A model generated the notes under the pieces. It ran no database searches and was not told the DNA's origin. It saw only the letters and a program-made list of their open reading frames with translations. This document shows positions 56,954 through 64,000 of a stretch of DNA of 64,000 nt, piece after piece. The DNA lies in assembly GCA_900547775.1 (NCBI GenBank), contig URHW01000002.1:13041-77040 (forward strand), given 5' to 3'. The position numbers and the translations under genes are program-made. Each line of letters starts with the position of its first letter. Positions within the stretch are counted from its first letter, which is position 1. This stretch comes from an uncultured Mycoplasmatota bacterium. GTDB taxonomy: Bacteria > Bacillota_I > Bacilli_A > RF39 > UBA660.

Positions 56954-57612
56954 AATAATTTATACCCTTGTCCTTTTCTTGTTTCAATTCTATTTTCAAG
57001 TCCAAAATTTTGTAATTTATTTCTCAATCTACTAATATTTACTGTTAGAGCGTTGTCATTGATAAACTCATCATTGTTCCATAAATCTGTCATTAAATCA
57101 TCACGAGATACTATTCTACCACGATTACTTAAAAGATATGTAAAGATAATCATTTCATTTTTAGTTAGTTCTAATACCTTTTCACCTTGTTTCAATATTC
57201 CTTTTTGTGGATTAACACTAATATTATCATAAAATAAGTCGTCCATATTATTATCCATTCGTTTAAATATATTTTGTATTCTCAATAATAAGATTGTTGG
57301 ATTATATGGCTTAGTAATATAATCGTCTGCACCATAAGATATAGATAAAACTTCATCTACTTCTCCTACCCTGCTCGTAACCATAATAATGGGAATATTA
57401 GATTCTTTTCTAATTTCTTTTAATAAAATTTCACCATTTTTATTAGGTAAATTAATATCCATTAAAATTAAATCAAATTTCATATTTTTTATATTTTCTT
57501 TAACATTATCAAACTTTTCTATAATTAATACTTCATACCCTGAATTTTCTAACAAAGATTTTAACTCATTTCTTATGATTTTTTCATCTTCTATAATTAA
57601 TATTTTTTTCAT
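56950..57612 (-). CDS. OmpR-family response regulator (BceR-like)
   Basis: Receiver (ILIIEDE, DLILMDINLP) + winged-helix output (TRKGQGYKL). Confidence 0.9.
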   Translation of the reverse strand: MKKILIIEDEKIIRNELKSLLENSGYEVLIIEKFDNVKENIKNMKFDLILMDINLPNKNGEILLKEIRKESNIPIIMVTSRVGEVDEVLSISYGADDYITKPYNPTILLLRIQNIFKRMDNNMDDLFYDNISVNPQKGILKQGEKVLELTKNEMIIFTYLLSNRGRIVSRDDLMTDLWNNDEFINDNALTVNISRLRNKLQNFGLENRIETRKGQGYKLL

Positions 57613-57703
57613 AGTTTGTCTCCTTTCATAATTTGCTTTTTAATCATTCATATTATATCACTTTATTTTTCTGAATTATTATAATTTATAAAATTAAATA
57701 TAA

Positions 57704-58393
57704 TTATTTTATAATTTTTTCTGCTTCAACTTTATCTAGGTTACCATATTTAATCATTTTGTTTATAACTTGCCTCTGTCTTTCAATTGCTAAATTTTTA
57801 TTTTGAATTGGATTATATAAAGACGGAGCATTTGGGATTCCTGCTAGCATAATTGATTCACTATCATTCATATCTTTTGGTAATTTATTAAAATAACCTA
57901 AACTTGCTGACTTAACAGAATAAAATCCATTGCCAAAATATGAAGTATTCAAATATAATTCTAATATTTCATCCTTATTATAGTTACTTTCTATGCTAAA
58001 TGCCATAAAAATTTCTGCAACTTTCCTTACTATCTTCTTATCTTGTGTAAAATAGATATTCTTGGCTAGTTGTTGGGTAATTGTGCTTCCTCCCTCTACA
58101 AATTTCATTTTTTTTATATCATTTACAAATGCTCTTCCAATAGAAATGACATCTATCCCAAAATGTTTGTAAAATCTATGATCTTCAACTGAGACAACTG
58201 CTTTTAAATATATTTGAGGCATATCATCAATTTTTGTATAATCTTCTTTTTGCCTAATTGTTGTAATTTTATCCTTTAATGGCATTTTATTTATGGCATT
58301 CTTATACATTTGATAACCACAACAAATGAAATAACTTCCTATACAAATAAATATTAATAAAACTGTTATTGTAATCTTTTTAACTAATTTCAT
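57704..58393 (-). CDS. Monofunctional peptidoglycan glycosyltransferase (GT51)
   Basis: N-terminal TM, EDHRFYKHFGID, GGSTITQQLAKN, RKV.E motifs; no transpeptidase domain. Confidence 0.85.
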   Translation of the reverse strand: MKLVKKITITVLLIFICIGSYFICCGYQMYKNAINKMPLKDKITTIRQKEDYTKIDDMPQIYLKAVVSVEDHRFYKHFGIDVISIGRAFVNDIKKMKFVEGGSTITQQLAKNIYFTQDKKIVRKVAEIFMAFSIESNYNKDEILELYLNTSYFGNGFYSVKSASLGYFNKLPKDMNDSESIMLAGIPNAPSLYNPIQNKNLAIERQRQVINKMIKYGNLDKVEAEKIIK

Positions 58394-58470
58394 ATAATGC
58401 TAATCCCTTCTTTACTAAAAAGTAATTTATTGCAATAATATTATCATTTTTTATCATATAAGTCGCCATT

Positions 58471-58504
58471 CTAATATTACTCAATATTACAATTTTGTAA
58501 TATA
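58471..58504. promoter_or_regulatory. Second copy of the AATATTACAATTTTGTAATAT operator, upstream of the GT51 gene
   Basis: 58483-58503 identical core to 55886-55906, again with an upstream CTAATATTAC half-site (58471-58480). Confidence 0.55.
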
Positions 58505-58611
58505 ATTTAATTATGTATCAAGGCTATTTCTTAATTTCAGAAATAACCTTTTTATTTTAGTATATAGAATTAGTATTTCTATACTTAATTTTAAAATTGC
58601 AATTAGCATAC

Positions 58612-58737
58612 TTACTCAGCCTTAAAGTAGTTAAATTACTCTGAGGATCAACATCTACAACTAACACTCTTTTTCCTTGTTTAGCCAATGCTACACCAAG
58701 ATTAAAGGTTGTTGTTGTTTTACCAACTCCTCCTTTC
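58612..58737 (-). pseudogene. 5'-truncated ParA/Soj ATPase fragment
   Basis: Reverse strand reads [37 protein letters not shown], preceded by an in-frame stop and followed by unrelated sequence. Confidence 0.7.
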
Positions 58738-59042
58738 TTTTAATTTAGCCACCTTAATTTAATAAGATGGCTATGTATTCCATTTCTGGCATAAAAAAAG
58801 AACTGACCATTTTTAATCAGTTCAAATATGTTTAATAAATTTTATTTAATTTTAAAATTAGTTCATCAATAGGTTTTGTATATATACCCTGTTTTAATTT
58901 ATCATTTTTAAATTGTATTAAGGCATTTAAAACTATGTTAGTTTCTATGTTCTTAATAGGTAGTTTTATTTTTTTTCATTATAATCACACTCCGATTAAT
59001 TTTTTTATTTAATTTAATTATAATATAAAACAATTAAAAATA

Positions 59043-59135
59043 TTAAATGTGTGAATTATATACCGGTTTTCCATAAGGTGGTACATACCAATTGATAACC
59101 GTATTAGAAAACACTTTTTCATTTTTTTCAGCCAT
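59043..59135 (-). CDS. Candidate 30-aa peptide MAEKNEKVFSNTVINWYVPPYGKPVYNSHI directly downstream of the PrrC-like gene
   Basis: RBS GGAG 8 nt upstream; starts 30 nt after the stop of 59166-61109; shares an INW motif with the repeat-encoded peptides. Confidence 0.3.
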   Translation of the reverse strand: MAEKNEKVFSNTVINWYVPPYGKPVYNSHI

Positions 59136-59165
59136 TTAAATCACTCCTTAACACATTTTTTATAA

Positions 59166-61109
59166 TTATAGTATATTATCATATACACTTTCAGAATATA
59201 CATCAAACTTATAAGGATTTAAAGAAACAAAATATCTATTGTTAAGATGAATTATGTCGTCAAATTCCTTTTCTATAAAGTTTTTAACTTTTTTATTTCC
59301 TCTTTTTCTTCGATATTCTTCTCTCTTATAAGCTATTTTTTCAAAATTTGTTAATTTGTCATAATCAAAATCATAATAAATATCATCTGGAATAGCTGAC
59401 AAAATAATTTTATATTTATTTTCTATTAACTCTAACACTTTAGATTCATTTACAGTCTCTTCAGCTAACTGATTTAAAATTTCAGTTTTATTTGTATTAT
59501 GTAAAATAGCTGACAGATATGAATATATTAATTGATCATTTTTTCTATTACTTTTATTTAATTCGGCTAGAATACGTAAATTAATAATTTTTCTATAATA
59601 TGATAAATCAGTATTTTTCATAAAAGAAATTACTTGATTCTGCAAATTATCGAAATCTACTTCAGTAATATCCTTTGTATTGCATTCTCCTTTAATATTT
59701 TCTAAGCAAACTATTTTTCCAGTTTTATCTAAATATTTTTTTGTTGAAAGCCCAAGTAATGCATATTTAATAAAAACCTGATCATGAGATAAAATAATAT
59801 ATGTTTGATTATCATGAAATTCATATAGTAATTCATATATAATTTTTCTTCTATTATCATCATAAGATGAAGCAGGATCATCAATAATAATTAGTTGTTT
59901 TTTTGCACTTACTAAAAAAAGTAATAAGGCAATAATGTTTTTTTCACCATATGACAAATTATCTGTCCTATCTTCATGCTTTTTTTCTTTTTTACTTACT
60001 AAGAATACAGTTGCTGTCTTACTCATAGTATTATAATTATCTATTTCAAATTCATAAGGAATTGAAAATTTTGATAAATAGTCATTTAATTTTTTTAGAT
60101 TTCTACCAATAAATTTAGATGTTTTTAATTTAATATTGCATAATTTTTTCTTTAATTCCACAATATTTTCATTAAACTCATCAACAACTAATCTTATTTC
60201 TGGAAATAATTCAGTTAATGTTTGTGAAAAAGTTATTTTCTTAATTTCTTTAATATCCAATGAATCTAAGTTATACGAATCAACCATATTATATATATTT
60301 TCGATTATTTTTTTATTTTCTATTGCATCATATAAATCTTTTTCAAGCTTCAATACTTCTCTCTTATAAGAAAAATTAGGAACATTTATACCAATCTTAT
60401 TTAAAACATCTTGGGAATCCGAAATAATACTATATTGTTCTGGACTAATTTTAATAATTTCTTCTATCTTATCAATTCTAAACTTACTCATTTTCTTTGT
60501 ACAAAAAGGACATTTTCCTTCATGAAAAGCACTAAAACTTGTCCCACTTTCAATCCATTTTACATAATCTAATCCCTTATCATGAATAAAATTTGAATAC
60601 TTTTTATATTTAGGATTATCTATTTCACCCTTTAATTTTTCCAATGAGGAGCCAGAGGAAAATTTTCCTGATGATGGTAGTTTTCTTTTATTAATTATTT
60701 TTATCATTTGATCAACATTCTGTACATAGTTAAATAATTCTTGTCTTTTTGAATTAATATTAGCTAATAATATAGATATATCTTTTCTAATTATTTCTAA
60801 ACTATTGTCATTTTCAAATAAAATTGAATATACTTCCTCATTATTATTTTTATTTAATATAAGTTTTTGATGTGTCTGCTCGTTAAAAATCAAATAGTTC
60901 CCATTTGATAATTCTGGTTCTACTGTTAATTTCATCTCTTCAATTTTCTTACCATATGAAATGTTTTTTTCAGATTTATCACCAATTACAGCACTTACTA
61001 TAGAAGATTTACCAGATCCACTTATACCAAAAATATAATTAATCTTTTCGCTCTCTATACTTAAGTCCAATTTAGTTATATTTTTATAATTTTTTACTTC
61101 TAACCTCAT
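59166..61109 (-). CDS. ABC-type ATPase of the PrrC/RloC (AAA_13-like) clade, possible anticodon-nuclease-type abortive-infection protein
   Basis: Walker A GISGSGKSS; CPFC pair; signature-like LSYGEKNIIALLLFL; Walker B LIIIDDPASSYDD; C-terminal LRILAE...H (R-x3-E...H). ATG 61109 preferred (GGGAGG RBS lies inside the longer ORF). Confidence 0.65.
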   Translation of the reverse strand: MRLEVKNYKNITKLDLSIESEKINYIFGISGSGKSSIVSAVIGDKSEKNISYGKKIEEMKLTVEPELSNGNYLIFNEQTHQKLILNKNNNEEVYSILFENDNSLEIIRKDISILLANINSKRQELFNYVQNVDQMIKIINKRKLPSSGKFSSGSSLEKLKGEIDNPKYKKYSNFIHDKGLDYVKWIESGTSFSAFHEGKCPFCTKKMSKFRIDKIEEIIKISPEQYSIISDSQDVLNKIGINVPNFSYKREVLKLEKDLYDAIENKKIIENIYNMVDSYNLDSLDIKEIKKITFSQTLTELFPEIRLVVDEFNENIVELKKKLCNIKLKTSKFIGRNLKKLNDYLSKFSIPYEFEIDNYNTMSKTATVFLVSKKEKKHEDRTDNLSYGEKNIIALLLFLVSAKKQLIIIDDPASSYDDNRRKIIYELLYEFHDNQTYIILSHDQVFIKYALLGLSTKKYLDKTGKIVCLENIKGECNTKDITEVDFDNLQNQVISFMKNTDLSYYRKIINLRILAELNKSNRKNDQLIYSYLSAILHNTNKTEILNQLAEETVNESKVLELIENKYKIILSAIPDDIYYDFDYDKLTNFEKIAYKREEYRRKRGNKKVKNFIEKEFDDIIHLNNRYFVSLNPYKFDVYSESVYDNIL

Positions 61110-61193
61110 GCTACCTCCCATAAATAAATTTTTATAATATTATAACATATAAGAACAGGATTTAATCCCGTCTATATTGTTAATAAAACAAAA

Positions 61194-61800
61194 TTATTTC
61201 TTATCTTTTTTTACTAACATTTTAATACCAAAGAATATTATTAATAATCCAACTATTATATTTAATACATTTGATACTGATTCAGGTATAAAGCCAGATA
61301 AAACTGTACCAAGTAAAGCAACAAATGATAAAAATAAAAGTGTTGCTGAAATTAATCCAATAGAAAATATAACTAATTCTTTTTACTTTAATCCATCATC
61401 AATTATTTTTGTTGTTAAAACACTTCCCCAGAAAACAATAGTTATTGGATTAGATAATGTTAATATCAATCCCTGTATAAAGATATTAGCAGTATTAGGG
61501 TTCAAATTTAATCCTGGTATTAAGTTACATTAAGTATTATATTTAAGCCAAATATAACTAACACTAGTGAACCTACTATTTTAAAAATAGCTTTTACGTT
61601 TTTCTTTTCAATTAATTCACTTACTCCTAATCCAGCAAGAAGGATATAAAATGCATCCACTAAAGCAATTGCTAAGACAAGTGATAATGCTACTAAAAAA
61701 CTAACATTCTTAGCAGTATTAAATACCATTAAACACATTGGTCCTACTGCTAACTGCAAAGCATACCAAATTTTAATCCATCAAAATATTTTTTTATCAT
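61194..61800 (-). pseudogene. LysE/RhtB-family exporter gene with a frameshift (about 61760) and an in-frame TAA
   Basis: MIKKYFDGLKFGML/ (shift) QLAVGPMCLMVFN...; downstream reads ...DDGLK*KELVIFSIGLISATLL...; total length about 202 codons as expected for LysE. Confidence 0.65.
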
Positions 61801-61936
61801 TATTACTGCTCCCTTTTTAGAGGGGTTAAAAGGTGTAATCACCTTACCAATTCCTACTATATTTTTCATTAAAAATAGTCATTTTTTACTATTTTTTATC
61901 TATTTTAACATATTTTTATATAAAACATGCAAGATG

Positions 61937-62086
61937 TCAATTCCCACAAAGCCTTGCAAATAAATGATTTCTTAAAGGGGTTAAATAAATCGTAATCAAC
62001 CAGTTGATACTCGTTGATGGTAAACTTTTTGTATCTTCGTTCATTTTTTTGTTTTTTCTCATTTCTCTTTTTTGGTACATATCCAT
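61937..62086 (-). CDS. Candidate 49-aa variant of the MDMYQKR... peptide, start overlapping the RhuM stop (TAATG)
   Basis: MDMYQKREMRKNKKMNEDTKSLPSTSINWLITIY...; the stop after INW present in the other copies is absent here. Confidence 0.3.
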   Translation of the reverse strand: MDMYQKREMRKNKKMNEDTKSLPSTSINWLITIYLTPLRNHLFARLCGN

Positions 62087-63108
62087 TATTTATCACTTCC
62101 ATTCTCTATTATTCTTACTTCATTTAAAAAATTATCAAAATCTGATTTATATAATTTATCTTGTTTAACTTTAAATTTATCATACTCTTTATAAGCTAAT
62201 TCTTGTGCTACTTTTGCAGATATTTTCCCAGCATTGCGTAATATCTCTTTACCATTAAATTGCAAAAATGCATTCAATTTTTCTACCCAATCTTTCATAG
62301 TCATAGCATTATGATTTTCTGCTTGTAATTCTGCATAATCTAAATACATTGTTACTATTCTATTCAAATCTTTTAATTCCTTTTCATTTAAATAGTTTTT
62401 TGCAATGTCCACGTCATATTTATATATTGGTCCATCAGGAGAATTTTTCCAATTGGTTAGTCCCATATTTTCTTTTTCTGAATCAACTCTGTTATATATT
62501 ATTTCAGCTGCAGTATTACCAGTTATTGCATAATGTAATTTATTTTGAACTGTTTTAAAAAATTCTTTTGTTATTTCTGAATCTTTATCATAATCAACAC
62601 TACAAGAAGAATATATATCTGTTATTTTTTGATAAAATCTTCTCTCACTTGAACGAATATTCCTAATTCTTTCAAGTATTTCTTCAAAATAATCCTCGCC
62701 AAATATGTAATTAGGATTTTTTAATCTTTCATCATCCATAACTACACCTTTTATCATATATTCTTTTAATATTTTAGTAGCCCAAATTCTAAAGTTGGTT
62801 GCTTTTTTTGAATTTACTCTATATCCAACTGCAATAATCATATCAAGGTTATATATCTTTACAGGTTTTTTAGAATTATCAACGTCGGTTTTTCCGACGG
62901 TGTTATTTTCATCAAGTTCACCACTATTTAATATATTATTAATATGTTCTGTTATTGTGCTTCTTCCTACGTCAAACAATTCTGCAATCAAATTTTGAGT
63001 AAGCCATATGTCATTATTTATTAACATTACACTAACCTTAATATCATTGTTTGAATCTCTATATATTAAAAAGTCATGATTAGTTATTTGCAAGTTTTTA
63101 TTGTCCAT
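62086..63108 (-). CDS. RhuM-family protein (intact copy)
   Basis: 340 aa; N-terminal winged-helix-like WLTQ..IAELF.V.RSTITEHI, IIAVGYRVNS..AT.FRIWAT..L.EY..KG, DDERLK; RBS AAAGGAG. Confidence 0.75.
   Translation of the reverse strand: MDNKNLQITNHDFLIYRDSNNDIKVSVMLINNDIWLTQNLIAELFDVGRSTITEHINNILNSGELDENNTVGKTDVDNSKKPVKIYNLDMIIAVGYRVNSKKATNFRIWATKILKEYMIKGVVMDDERLKNPNYIFGEDYFEEILERIRNIRSSERRFYQKITDIYSSCSVDYDKDSEITKEFFKTVQNKLHYAITGNTAAEIIYNRVDSEKENMGLTNWKNSPDGPIYKYDVDIAKNYLNEKELKDLNRIVTMYLDYAELQAENHNAMTMKDWVEKLNAFLQFNGKEILRNAGKISAKVAQELAYKEYDKFKVKQDKLYKSDFDNFLNEVRIIENGSDK
62118..62390. repeat. Repeat B copy 2 (3' end of the intact RhuM gene)
   Basis: See 51423-51692. Confidence 0.8.
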
Positions 63109-63135
63109 ATGTTATTCTCCTTTCTATTAATTTTT

Positions 63136-63510
63136 TTATTTAATATCAATTTTAACATTTTTATTCTTATCAATATAAATACATTTTACTTTATTTTCTA
63201 GTTCTAATCTAGTAATATTAGATAAATTTAATTTTTCATTTATAATTTCAATTAGCTTATTTTCACTAATAAATTCATTATTTTCACAAGTTTTATTTCT
63301 ATAGTAGTTAGAGCAATAGTAATAAACTTTTCCTTTTGAAGTTTGTTTACAATATTACCGCCACAACAATTGCACTTTAAAAATCAAGATAAAATATCTA
63401 TACTTCCATCTTTATTTGCTTTAGCATGCCTATCTAAAATATATTGTACTTTATCAAATTTTTCTTTACTTATAATTGCTTCGTGATGATTAGGAGTTAT
63501 AATCCAATTT
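63136..63510 (-). pseudogene. Frameshifted C-terminal fragment of a large serine recombinase (zinc-ribbon/coiled-coil part)
   Basis: ENWIITPNHHEAIISKEKFDKVQYILDRHAKANKDGSIDILS*, then (shifted) CNCCGGNIV and YYCSNYYRNKTCENNEFISENKLIEIINEKL; no catalytic N-terminal domain. Confidence 0.65.
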
Positions 63511-63717
63511 TCCTTATAATTTTTGTTAATTATTTATTAAAAATTGTAAAAAGAAATTTAATTAAAAGCCTTATAAAATAAGGGCTTTAAAGAGAGTTTA
63601 TATAAGTTGTTTTTTACCAGTTAATTCCGACTGATGGAAAACTTTTTGGACTATCTTCTTTTTTCTTTTCTGCTCTTATTTTTCTTTTTTGATACATATC
63701 CATTTAAAACACTTCCT
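63504..63717. repeat. Repeat A copy 2
   Basis: See 52492-52705. Confidence 0.85.
63614..63703 (-). CDS. Candidate 29-aa basic peptide (repeat-encoded, copy 2)
   Basis: Near-identical to 52602-52691. Confidence 0.35.
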   Translation of the reverse strand: MDMYQKRKIRAEKKKEDSPKSFPSVGINW

Positions 63718-64000
63718 TATTTATTATCATTACTTTCTTTTAAATATTTATTGTAAAATTCATCCATTGAAGAAATATATTTTTGATCTTGTATAACCCT
63801 AAATTTTTCATATTCTTTTTCTGCTTTTTCTACTGCTTCTTTATGAGATATACTGCCACTATTATTTAATATTTCTTTTCTTCTAAATTTTAATAAATCA
63901 TCAGTTGCATCTATCCAATCCTTCATTGTCATTACATGCCTTTGTTTTGCTTCATCCTCTGCAAATACCAAAAATAAATTCGTTAAATCTTTCAAATTAT
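63717..64000 (-). CDS. Divergent RhuM-family paralogue, C-terminal part (5' end beyond window)
   Basis: Frame open to the window edge; LKDLTNLFLVFAEDEAKQRHVMTMKDW... parallels LKDLNRIVTMYLDYAELQAENHNAMTMKDW of 62086-63108. Confidence 0.6.
   Translation of the reverse strand, partial: NLKDLTNLFLVFAEDEAKQRHVMTMKDWIDATDDLLKFRRKEILNNSGSISHKEAVEKAEKEYEKFRVIQDQKYISSMDEFYNKYLKESNDNK

Noticed and set aside
58833-58979. 48-codon ORF (..IKLPIKNIETNIVLNALIQFKNDKLKQGIY..) with a GGAG upstream
   Set aside because: With the A8 run as given (58969-58976) the ATG frame stops after 8 codons, and the long frame has no start codon. It is a homopolymer-disrupted remnant at best.
61177-61533. 118-codon + strand ORF, and the 61905-62102 - strand ORF
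   Set aside because: The first is antisense to the LysE pseudogene. The second is an alternative frame over the MDMYQKR-type small ORF with no RBS of its own.

Overview
AT-rich (roughly 28-30% GC by eye) Firmicutes-type chromosome segment using the standard code (TGA is a stop, TGG is Trp). Gene content resembles low-GC Erysipelotrichia/Clostridia-like bacteria. 1-25 kb, + strand, is mostly housekeeping: the mutS 3' end; nusB-xseA-xseB; a secreted protein whose 3' end carries an anomalous GC-rich, adenine-poor patch; a frameshifted kinase-like gene; hisS; a T-box-controlled operon (HisRS-like paralogue, asnS, gatCAB); two fused MacB-type ABC transporters; an uncharacterised HerA-like ATPase plus degenerate helicase-IV-like module; T-box thrS; a structured sRNA (6S-like candidate); and tcdA. 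26-30 kb is a small accessory ABC islet (permease-ATPase-permease) flanked by decayed phosphoesterase and IS3 transposase fragments, and gene polarity flips here. 30-51.4 kb, mostly - strand: gpsA, rarA, xerD-like (+), zupT (+), mnmA, an NlpC/P60 hydrolase, trmK-rpoD-dnaG, an orphan RnfC/RnfD-like pair, topA, ltaS, rnhB, rbgA. 51.4-64 kb is a decaying mosaic mobile-element island organised by two pairs of direct repeats about 11 kb apart. It carries RhuM paralogues, serine-recombinase pieces, ParA and LysE pseudogenes, a UDG-like gene, a Bce-type ABC plus two-component module with an apparently co-regulated monofunctional transglycosylase, and a PrrC/RloC-like ABC ATPase. No rRNA, tRNA or CRISPR array was seen. 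All calls rest on reading the sequence and ORF translations; no database search was run.
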